The notes below the pieces were generated by a model. It searched no databases, had not been told where the DNA came from, and saw only the letters and a program-made list of their open reading frames with translations. 64,000 bases of DNA from an uncultured Bacteroidales bacterium. Its GTDB lineage: Bacteria > Bacteroidota > Bacteroidia > Bacteroidales > UBA932. Location of the stretch: contig ONOH01000007.1 of assembly GCA_900319405.1 (NCBI GenBank), forward strand, positions 865 to 64,864, in the 5' to 3' direction. Of the stretch, positions 18,909 to 26,719 are shown in pieces. The first letter of the stretch is position 1; every line of letters begins with the position of its first letter. Position numbers and translations under genes: made by a program.

Positions 18909-20372
18909 CTATTCCGCAGTCTGAACAGGACGAACCGACTGGCCGTAGTAGCGGATGTCGTTGTCCCAATCCGCAATGACCGAATTGAAGATCAGTCCGT
19001 AGGCGTTGCCCGGGTAATCCGTATCGAGGAGGGAGGAAGACCAGTAGTAGCCGTTGGGACCGGTATAGTAGAGGTAGGCATCGAACCGGTAACCCGCGGC
19101 GGGGAGGAAGATGCAGTTGCCCTCGACGCCGGACTTGCGGCTGATGACCAGGCGACCGTTCGTGCCGCTGCCATTGAAGTTCTTCACCCAGGCCCAGGTG
19201 AAATCCTCCGCCTTGAGCAATGCCTGCCACTCTTCGATGGTGGGCATGCGCCAGGGAGTGCCCAAGTTCTTCGTGGCGGCATCGTCGGCAGGCACTAGCG
19301 TCGTGAGCGCATCGGTAAATCCCTCGTTGCCGTAGGATTCCTTATCACAGTACTTGGTCAACTTATTGCCGGCACCGTTGGCCAAGCTGTAATTCGACCA
19401 ATTGTAACCGGTCTTGCCGGTCTTCCAGTGCGCATCGGCAATCGGGCTCTCCTGCGAATAACCATCCCGATAATACGGCTCCGTCTCGCCCCAGGCAAAG
19501 TAATCGCCGTACTCGTGCGGGGCCGAAGCGCCGACGTTCCTGGTGGCCCACTTCAGGCCGTCCCCCATCGGGACATAATCGGCGTTGTCGCTCTGCACCG
19601 TCATCTGCACGGTGGAACGATAGAATTTGCCGGCCTCGATGCTCTTGGTAATGGCCTTGGAGGAACGATAACTGCTGGTCCCTGCGTCGCCGGGGACGGA
19701 GAAAATCAGCGTCCCGTCGCCGACGGCGGGAAGGGCGAGGTAGAATATGCTCAGGTCCCCTGTGGGCGTAGCGACGAAGGCTTCCGTGCCGATCGTCACG
19801 GCCAGCGAGTTCGCGAAGATGGGGGTTTCGTCCGAGTCCCGGAGCGAGAACTTGACGATGGCGTACTTCGGGGCGAGCGGGGTGCTCAGAACCAGGCCAG
19901 CCTCGGGCGTGACCGGGCTGATGGTGCCCGTGGTGACGCGCACGTCCAGGTCAGCGCTGAGCGTACCCGGCTGGTTGCCGATGAGATCGGCGTTGCTTTT
20001 TACACCGGTTGCATCACCTTTGGCAGCTGTGGCCGGATAGATGACCGTGCAGGCGGTGCCTTCCGTCGTGGAGCCATCCACCGTGAACTCGATCGTGGCA
20101 GCGCCGGAAGCGTCCACTTCCGTGACGGTGGCGGTGGCAATCTTTCTCTCTCCGCCGACCATGTAGAGGATGGCGAGCTTTTCATTGACGGCCCATTCGG
20201 CCTTGAGCTTCCCGTCGCCGTCGTCGGTAAGCGCCTTGGTGGCGGCGCCTTTCGGGGCGAGCGTGGCGGTGAGGGTAATCATACCGTCGTTCTGCTCGAC
20301 GGGCTGGATGTCCTGTTTGTTGCAGGCGGCCAGCGTCAGGGCCAGCACTGCGAGGGTGAAAATCTTTTTCAT
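18909..20372 (-). CDS. Fimbrillin-like lipoprotein with C-terminal C-type-lectin-like domain (putative tip pilin)
   Basis: [17 protein letters not shown] lipobox (start 20372). KWATRNVGA, YFAWGET, DDAA, WRMPT, IFLPAAGY and GYYWSSS...RYYGQSVRPV motifs. Confidence 0.75.
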   Translation of the reverse strand: MKKIFTLAVLALTLAACNKQDIQPVEQNDGMITLTATLAPKGAATKALTDDGDGKLKAEWAVNEKLAILYMVGGERKIATATVTEVDASGAATIEFTVDGSTTEGTACTVIYPATAAKGDATGVKSNADLIGNQPGTLSADLDVRVTTGTISPVTPEAGLVLSTPLAPKYAIVKFSLRDSDETPIFANSLAVTIGTEAFVATPTGDLSIFYLALPAVGDGTLIFSVPGDAGTSSYRSSKAITKSIEAGKFYRSTVQMTVQSDNADYVPMGDGLKWATRNVGASAPHEYGDYFAWGETEPYYRDGYSQESPIADAHWKTGKTGYNWSNYSLANGAGNKLTKYCDKESYGNEGFTDALTTLVPADDAATKNLGTPWRMPTIEEWQALLKAEDFTWAWVKNFNGSGTNGRLVISRKSGVEGNCIFLPAAGYRFDAYLYYTGPNGYYWSSSLLDTDYPGNAYGLIFNSVIADWDNDIRYYGQSVRPVQTAE

Positions 20373-20400
20373 GCTGTGTTTACTCCTGTCTTTAGATGAT

Positions 20401-20526
20401 CTACAATACGCCTCCGTCTTCATAATCCGAAAGGCCGCTGAGTGCAATTACGCCCTCGAGTTTGAGTTCAATGACCTCGCATGCTGGGGCAAGGTAGATG
20501 ATGGTTTTTTTGTTTTCAGGTTTCAT
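20401..20526 (-). CDS. 41-aa small protein missing from the ORF track (MKPENKKTIIYLAPACEVIELKLEGVIALSGLSDYEDGGVL)
   Basis: Manual translation: ATG at 20526, TAG at 20401-20403, 28 nt upstream of the pilin-like ATG. YxxPxxEVIEL...xS pattern. Confidence 0.7.
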   Translation of the reverse strand: MKPENKKTIIYLAPACEVIELKLEGVIALSGLSDYEDGGVL

Positions 20527-20876
20527 AAAAAAATGGGTTAAATGATACATCCGTTTATTATTTGGTCATAGGGCTGCATTGGTATCCTTCCTATGGCTTC
20601 GCTCGAAAAGACAGCGGTGGCACACAACGCGCAATTCCTCTGACCGCGGAAGCGGACAGAGAAAAAATGTTGTTGTAAGTGGCTATTTTACAATTAGTTG
20701 CCCCCCCCCTCGAAAGAAGCGGGAGGTGCGTCATGTCAGGGAGTCTGAAGGCTTGCAGTGGCATGGCAAACGCAAATATAAACTATTTTTTTTGTTTTCA
20801 AAACACTCCTGTCTTGAGCCTTGCTCTTTTGGCTTAAGGTCTTGTCTGGAAAAGTTTGCCTATCTTTGCACACGAA

Positions 20877-21911
20877 ATGAAAATCGGAAACATAGATTTG
20901 GGCGAGCGTCCGGTTACCCTGGCGCCGATGGAAGACGTCACCGACGCCTCTTTCCGCATCCTGTGCCGGGAGGCGGGCGCCGCGATGGTCACCACGGAGT
21001 TCGTGAGCTCCGACGGCCTGGTGCGCGACGTGGGAAAGACCATCGCCAAGATGCGTACCCTGGAGGAGGAAGCGCCGGTGGCCGTGCAAATCTACGGCAG
21101 TTTCCCGGAGGCGATGGTGGACGCGGCAAAAATGGCTGCAAACGCCCGGGAACTCGCCGGAGGCCACGGGGCCGATATCGTGGACATCAACTTCGGCTGC
21201 CCGGTCTCCAAAATCGCCGGCCGGGGAGCGGGCAGCGGTATGATGCGCGAGCCCGACAAGATGGTGGCCATCACAAAGGCCATCGTGGAGGCTGTCCCCG
21301 ACAAGCCCGTCACCGTAAAAACCCGCCTAGGCTGGGACGAGGGCTCCAAAATCATCGTGGAACTGGCCGAAAGGCTGCAGGATACCGGCATATCGGCCCT
21401 TACCATCCACGGCCGCACCCGCTGCCAGATGTACAAGGGGGAGGCCGACTGGACGCTGATAGGCGCGGTGAAAAACAACCCCCGGATACGGATTCCCATT
21501 ATCGGCAATGGCGATATCAACAGCGCCGCGAAGGCACGGGAGGCCTTTGAGCGCTACGGTGTGGACGGCATTATGGTGGGACGGGCCAGCTTCGGCCATC
21601 CCTGGATTTTCACGGAGATCCGCCACCTGCTGGACACCGGCGAGGAACTTCCCCCGATGAGCGTGCGCGACCGCGTGACCCTGGCCAAACGCCATTTCGG
21701 CCTTTCCCTGGACCTCAAGGGCCCCGTCACCGGTGTGTACGAGATGCGCCGCCACCTCAGCTGCTACTTCAAGGGCCTGCGGGATTTCAAGGATACCCGC
21801 ATCAAGCTGGTCACCTCCAAAGATCCGGAAGAAATCTTCTCCACCCTGGACTATGTGGCCGCCCGCTGGGGCGCCGAAAGTCCGGACGTGGAAGGGGTGT
21901 ATGGGCTGTAA
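20877..21911 (+). CDS. dusB: tRNA-dihydrouridine synthase B
   Basis: LAPMEDVTD, DINFGCP, TVKTRLG, IHGRTR and GNGDI motifs. Start ATG 20877 follows a TATCTTTG box. Confidence 0.93.
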   Translation: MKIGNIDLGERPVTLAPMEDVTDASFRILCREAGAAMVTTEFVSSDGLVRDVGKTIAKMRTLEEEAPVAVQIYGSFPEAMVDAAKMAANARELAGGHGADIVDINFGCPVSKIAGRGAGSGMMREPDKMVAITKAIVEAVPDKPVTVKTRLGWDEGSKIIVELAERLQDTGISALTIHGRTRCQMYKGEADWTLIGAVKNNPRIRIPIIGNGDINSAAKAREAFERYGVDGIMVGRASFGHPWIFTEIRHLLDTGEELPPMSVRDRVTLAKRHFGLSLDLKGPVTGVYEMRRHLSCYFKGLRDFKDTRIKLVTSKDPEEIFSTLDYVAARWGAESPDVEGVYGL

Positions 21912-21966
21912 ATTCGTTCGATGTCGGCCATTCCGGTGTATTATTAATTGCTCAAGGAAAATCTTG

Positions 21967-22008
21967 TCCCGAATTGGATTATCCATTTTGGATTATCCAA
22001 ATTTGGAT
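21967..22008 (+). promoter_or_regulatory. Array of three short dyads (TCC...TGGA) upstream of the AAA ATPase
   Basis: TCCCGAATTGGA, ATCCATTTTGGAT and ATCCAAATTTGGAT in tandem. Confidence 0.55.
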
Positions 22009-22052
22009 ATTGTCTGCAATTGTATTATCTTAGCAAAAACTAAAGAGCGAAA

Positions 22053-23186
22053 ATGAACCCGTTTTTCCTTACCGGAATCATACCTGATTCGTGCTTTTGT
22101 GACCGCGAGAAGGAAACAGAGACAATCATCCGGCATCTTGTGAATCAGAGCAACGTCCTCCTGACCTCCTCCCGGAGGATGGGTAAGACTCAACTCATCC
22201 GGCATGTTTTCAATAATATGGATATCCGTGAGAAGTATTACACCTTCTACACGGACATCTATGCTACTTCATCTCTTCGCGAGCTGGTCTTCTTCCTTGG
22301 AAAAGAAATCTACCAGAAGCTGGTTCCCGGTGAGAAGAAAGCTGTCAAGCTGTTCCTCGGCACCCTCCGCTCCCTTGCAACAGCCTTTGCCGTGGATCCA
22401 GTTACGGGAGAGCCAAGAATCAGCTTGCAGATAGGGGATATTACTGCTCCCGAGATGACATTGGAGGAGATATTCACTTATCTGGAAAAGGCCGATAAGC
22501 CCTGTCTTTTCGCCATAGACGAGTTCCAGCAAATCTCCCGTTATCCGGAAGCCCATGTCGAGGCGCTCCTGCGGACGCACATTCAGAAAATGAACAACTG
22601 TCATTTCATCTTCTCCGGAAGTGACCGCCACATCCTTGAACAGATGTTTTCCTCCTACGCAAAGCCGTTCTATAACAGTGCACAGCCTGTCCATCTGGGC
22701 CGCATCGACAGGGACAAGTACATCGATTTTGTGATCGGAAAATTCCGTGAGGCCGACATTGCCATTTCGCCTGTCACGGCAGGATACTGTTATGATGCGT
22801 TCGATGGATACACGTACTACAACCATAAGGTATTCCATGATATCTTCGCGTACGTGAAGAAGGGAGATGTAATAGATAATGACATGGTCGATCAGACCAT
22901 TGGAAATATCCTGGAAGAGAATTCGCACACTTACAGTGAAGTGATGTCCGGTCTTCCTATTGCCCAAAAGCAGATGCTGATTGCCGTAGCGAAGGAGAGC
23001 CCCGCGCGGCGGCCTACGTCAGGAGCCTTTGTTCGCCGCAATGCCCTCATCTCGCCCGGATCCGCGCAAAAGGCGCTGGCCAAGCTCATCGACGGGCAGC
23101 TTGTCACCTATATGGTCATCAATCGGGACAAGGAGTACTTAGTGGCTGACAAGTTCTTTGAACGCTGGCTGAAAGAAACCTACTAG
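22053..23186 (+). CDS. AAA+ ATPase (archaeal-ATPase-like) with probable C-terminal winged helix
   Basis: NPF...FCDREKE, Walker A SSRRMGKT, Walker B AIDEFQ, FSGS and C-terminal D.FF..WL. Confidence 0.85.
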   Translation: MNPFFLTGIIPDSCFCDREKETETIIRHLVNQSNVLLTSSRRMGKTQLIRHVFNNMDIREKYYTFYTDIYATSSLRELVFFLGKEIYQKLVPGEKKAVKLFLGTLRSLATAFAVDPVTGEPRISLQIGDITAPEMTLEEIFTYLEKADKPCLFAIDEFQQISRYPEAHVEALLRTHIQKMNNCHFIFSGSDRHILEQMFSSYAKPFYNSAQPVHLGRIDRDKYIDFVIGKFREADIAISPVTAGYCYDAFDGYTYYNHKVFHDIFAYVKKGDVIDNDMVDQTIGNILEENSHTYSEVMSGLPIAQKQMLIAVAKESPARRPTSGAFVRRNALISPGSAQKALAKLIDGQLVTYMVINRDKEYLVADKFFERWLKETY

Positions 23187-23228
23187 TTATTTAAGACCGC
23201 AACATTGATCTTAGACGATTACAATTTA

Positions 23229-23273
23229 TGATATATCAGTTTTTGATATATCAGTTTTTGATATATCGGTTTT
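23229..23273. repeat. Three tandem 15-bp repeats containing the TGATATATCA dyad
   Basis: TGATATATCAGTTTT twice, then TGATATATCGGTTTT. Confidence 0.9.
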
Positions 23274-23306
23274 TGTTGTTATTTTTGTGGCAAATAACGG
23301 ACGCTT

Positions 23307-23431
23307 ATGGAAACCCCTTTCGTATTCGGCAGGCTTGCCAACGCAGCTTTATTGCCGACAGGCCCTTTGTCTTCGCATTAGTGGAAATGCATGCCCAGAC
23401 CATTCTCATGCTGGGACAGAAAGTGCAATAA
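23307..23431 (+). pseudogene. Chimeric remnant: start of a second AAA ATPase joined to the 3' end of a serpin-like gene
   Basis: ATG 23307 encodes METPFVFGRLA. A different frame, 23348-23431, encodes FIADRPFVFALVEMHAQTILMLGQKVQ*. Confidence 0.6.
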
Positions 23432-23534
23432 GCCCCCTGTATTTGGTTTTCTCCCAAATTATTCCTACCTTTGCGGTCCCTCTCACTGTAGGGGGATCGC
23501 AACTTTTTATGTTAAACCATTAATAATCAAGACA

Positions 23535-23987
23535 GTGGACACACTTAGCTACAAAACAGTTTCCCTGAATGCGGCAACTGTGAACAAGGAGTGGCTCGTC
23601 ATTGATGCAACCGATCTGGTGCTCGGTCGCCTGGCTTCCCGCGTCGCCATGGTGCTTCGTGGAAAGAACAAGCCCGGCTTCACCCCGCACGTGGACTGTG
23701 GTGACAACGTCATCGTCGTAAATGCCGAAAAGATCCGTCTCACCGGCAAGAAGATGACCGACCGCGTCTACACCCGCTACACCGGCTATCCCGGTGGCCA
23801 GCGCTTCTCCACGCCCGCTGAGATCCTTGCCAAAAGACCTGCCGAACTCATCCGTCGGTCTGTGAAGGGAATGCTTCCCAAGACCCGTCTTGGTGACAAG
23901 CTCATCAACAACCTGTATGTCTATGCAGGTCCCGAGCATCCTCACCAGGCCCAGAATCCCAAACCCATTAAGTTTAACGAAATCTAA
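23535..23987 (+). CDS. rplM: 50S ribosomal protein L13
   Basis: GTG start MDTLSYKT; LGRLAS, GKNKP.FTPHVDCGD and HPHQAQ motifs; TACCTTTG box at 23466. Confidence 0.97.
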   Translation: MDTLSYKTVSLNAATVNKEWLVIDATDLVLGRLASRVAMVLRGKNKPGFTPHVDCGDNVIVVNAEKIRLTGKKMTDRVYTRYTGYPGGQRFSTPAEILAKRPAELIRRSVKGMLPKTRLGDKLINNLYVYAGPEHPHQAQNPKPIKFNEI

Positions 23988-23996
23988 ACAGAGCAC

Positions 23997-24386
23997 ATGG
24001 AACAGAAACACGCCCTTGGAAGACGTAAATCAGCTGTCGCTCGTGTTTATGTAGTAGCCGGTACGGGCAAGTTCGTCATCAACGACCGCCCCATGGAAGA
24101 GTACTTCAAGGAGGGAACCCTCCAGTACATCGCCAACCAGGCCCTCGAGGTCACCGGTACTGCAGGTCAGTTTGACATTAAGGTCAACCTCGTAGGTGGA
24201 GGCACCAAAGGTCAGGCTGAAGCCGTTCGTCTCGGAATCGCCCGCGCACTGTGCGAGGTGGACAAAGAGGCTTACCGCTCCACCCTCAAGGCCGCCGGTT
24301 TCCTCACCCGCGACGCCCGCGAAGTCGAGCGTAAGAAACCCGGTCAGCCTGGCGCACGTCGTCGCTTCCAGTTCAGCAAGCGTTAA
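23997..24386 (+). CDS. rpsI: 30S ribosomal protein S9
   Basis: [18 protein letters not shown] and [16 protein letters not shown] motifs. Confidence 0.98.
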   Translation: MEQKHALGRRKSAVARVYVVAGTGKFVINDRPMEEYFKEGTLQYIANQALEVTGTAGQFDIKVNLVGGGTKGQAEAVRLGIARALCEVDKEAYRSTLKAAGFLTRDAREVERKKPGQPGARRRFQFSKR

Positions 24387-24571
24387 TCGCTTCTTCTGGT
24401 TTTACGTCAGCACGGCCTCTGGTATCATCAAATCCTGAGATCCCGGTGAGGATGAGAATCTTCCCAGGCTACGAGAAGGATTGCCGGGCCGCGAAAAAAT
24501 TTCGGAGATGAAACAGGGTTTCCTACTCCGGTATTGATGAAAGAGTTAACAACAAAGACAAAAACAACCCC

Positions 24572-25414
24572 ATGTCTAGAACAAATTTCGAACAGTTGCT
24601 TGATGCAGGCGCACACTTCGGCCACCTGGCCCGCAAGTGGAACCCCAAGATGGCTCCGTATATCTTCGTAGAGAGGAACGGTATCCACATCATCGACCTG
24701 CACAAGACCGTCGTCAAGATTGACGAGGCAGCCGAGGTCCTCAAGGAAATGGCCCGCAGCGGCCGCAAGGTCCTCTTCGTTGCCACCAAGAAACAGGCCA
24801 AGGACGTCGTGGCAGAGAAGGCCACCGCCGTCAATATGCCTTCCGTGACCGAGCGTTGGCCGGGCGGTATGCTTACCAATTTCCCCACCATCCGCAAGGC
24901 CGTCAAGAAAATGAATACCATCGACAAGATGAAGGAAGATGGTCCCTTCGAGAAACTCGCCAAGCGTGAGCGCCTCCAGGTGGAGCGCCAGCGGGCCAAG
25001 CTGGAGAAGAACCTTGGTTCCATCCGTGACATGTCCCGTCTCCCGAGCGCCCTCTTCGTGATCGACATTCAGAAAGAGGCCAATGCCGTCAAGGAGGCCG
25101 TTCGTCTGAACATCCCGGTAATCGCTATGGTTGATACTTGTTGCGATCCCACGCCCATTGATTATATGATTCCGGCCAATGACGATTCCACGAAGTCCAT
25201 CGAGCTCGTTATGGACGTGATGTGCAAAGCCATCAACGAAGGTCTGGAAGAGCGCAAGCTGGAGAAGGAGAAAGAGGTCGAGGCCGTTCCCGCCCAGGAG
25301 GCCGATGCCGCTCCCGCCAAGAAGCTCCGTCCCCGCCGCGCCCCCAAGGCCGAGGCTGCGGAAAGCGCCGCTCCTGCTGAAGCTCCCGCTGCAGCCCCCG
25401 CTACCGAAGAGTAA
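24572..25414 (+). CDS. rpsB: 30S ribosomal protein S2
   Basis: LLDAGAHFGH...WNPKM, RWPGGMLTNF and IPANDDS motifs. Confidence 0.98.
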   Translation: MSRTNFEQLLDAGAHFGHLARKWNPKMAPYIFVERNGIHIIDLHKTVVKIDEAAEVLKEMARSGRKVLFVATKKQAKDVVAEKATAVNMPSVTERWPGGMLTNFPTIRKAVKKMNTIDKMKEDGPFEKLAKRERLQVERQRAKLEKNLGSIRDMSRLPSALFVIDIQKEANAVKEAVRLNIPVIAMVDTCCDPTPIDYMIPANDDSTKSIELVMDVMCKAINEGLEERKLEKEKEVEAVPAQEADAAPAKKLRPRRAPKAEAAESAAPAEAPAAAPATEE

Positions 25415-25438
25415 TTAACCCTAAAAAAGCAAGTAACT

Positions 25439-26437
25439 ATGGCTATCTCCTTAGCAGATATCAAGAAACTCCGCGATATGACCAGCGCCGGTATGATGGA
25501 CTGCAAGAAGGCACTCGAAGAAGCTGCCGGCGAGTTCAAGCGCGCTGTTGAAATCCTTCGCGAGAAAGGTAAATCCACCCTCGCCAAGCGCGGTGAAAAC
25601 GAGACCACCCAGGGTGCAGTGCTCAGCCGTGTCAACGGCGGCAAGGCCATCCTCGTCTGCCTCGGTTGCGAGACCGACTTCGTGGCCGCCACCCCGGACT
25701 TCAAAACCCTCTCCGGCAACATTGCCGATGCCGCTATCGCCCATTTCCCGGCCAGCATAGAGGAACTGAAGGCTGTGAAACTTGCAGATGGCTACTCCAT
25801 CGAAGAAGACATCACCAACCAGGCCGGCAAGACCGGTGAAAAGCACGTGCTGGCTTTCTACGGCGCCCTCGAGGCCCCGTTCGTGAGCGAATATGTGCAC
25901 TTCAACGGCAAGCTGGGCGCCATCGTGGCTTTCTCCAAGGAGGTCCCTGCCGATATCGCCCGCGGTATCGCCATGCAGGTGGCTTCCATGAACCCCGTGG
26001 CCGTGGATGCTGAGTCCGTCCCCGCCGAGGTCATCGAGTCCGAGCGCAACATCGCTGTCCAGAAGACCAAGGACGAGCAGGTTCAGAAGTCGGTGGACAA
26101 CGCCCTCAAGAAGGCCGGTATCAACCCTGCCCACGTGGACAGCGAGGATCACATCGAGTCCAACACTGCCAAGGGCTGGCTCACTTCCGAGCAGGCTCAG
26201 CAGGCCCGCGAGATCATCGCCAAGATCGGCGCTGAGACGCTGGCTTCCCTGGAGCAGAAGGTTCAGATGATCAACGGTATCGTGAACGGCCGTATCCAGA
26301 AGTTCCTGAAGGAAAACACCCTGATGGAGCAGGAATACCAGCTCAGCGATGACAAGAAGACCGTGAAGGAAGCCCTCGCCGCTGCCGATAAGGACGCCAA
26401 GGTAATCTCCTTCAAGCGCTTCTCCCTCTCCGACTAA
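25439..26437 (+). CDS. tsf: Translation elongation factor Ts
   Basis: IKKLR.MT.AGMMDCKKAL and CETDFVA motifs. Confidence 0.97.
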   Translation: MAISLADIKKLRDMTSAGMMDCKKALEEAAGEFKRAVEILREKGKSTLAKRGENETTQGAVLSRVNGGKAILVCLGCETDFVAATPDFKTLSGNIADAAIAHFPASIEELKAVKLADGYSIEEDITNQAGKTGEKHVLAFYGALEAPFVSEYVHFNGKLGAIVAFSKEVPADIARGIAMQVASMNPVAVDAESVPAEVIESERNIAVQKTKDEQVQKSVDNALKKAGINPAHVDSEDHIESNTAKGWLTSEQAQQAREIIAKIGAETLASLEQKVQMINGIVNGRIQKFLKENTLMEQEYQLSDDKKTVKEALAAADKDAKVISFKRFSLSD

Positions 26438-26460
26438 GTAGCCGTAAGGTTCATCCCATC

Positions 26461-26576
26461 AAAAAAATGGGGTTGACTCAAAAAGTAGATTCTTCGGCAG
26501 GTAAACCTGCCTCAGAATGACATAGAACGGTCATTCTGAACGAAGTGAAGAATCTTTTTGGTCGGCCCCTTTTTTT
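26461..26576. terminator. Bidirectional terminator-like hairpin after tsf, with a REP doublet (26487-26555) nested in its loop
   Basis: A7-TGGGGTTGACTCAAAAAG ... CTTTTTGGTCGGCCCC-T7 outer stem; inner AGATTCTTCG..CTCAGAATGAC / GTCATTCTGAACGAAGTGAAGAATCT. Confidence 0.75.
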
Positions 26577-26626
26577 GTAGTCCCCCTGCCACTGAACGCA
26601 GCGAAGAATCTCTTACCGGCGTTACA

Positions 26627-26715
26627 TAACACCATGACAATCAGGAAGTTATGTTAAATCCTCTGCGCAAAAAGTGCAGAGGATTATCTATAACGCATTG
26701 ACAATCAATGCGTTA
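26627..26715. repeat. 89-bp tripartite palindromic element, copy 4
   Basis: Arms 26627-26651 and 26691-26715, core 26657-26685. Between convergent tsf and the sugar porter gene. Confidence 0.94.
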
Positions 26716-26719
26716 TAGA

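Noticed and set aside
23228-23431. 67-aa ORF MIYQFLIYQFL... as a real gene
   Set aside because: Its N-terminus is a translation of the 15-bp tandem repeat; only the last 27 codons look like a serpin remnant.
25900-26300. Long insertion in EF-Ts
   Set aside because: EF-Ts of about 330 aa is typical of Bacteroidales, and the segment is not repeat-derived.
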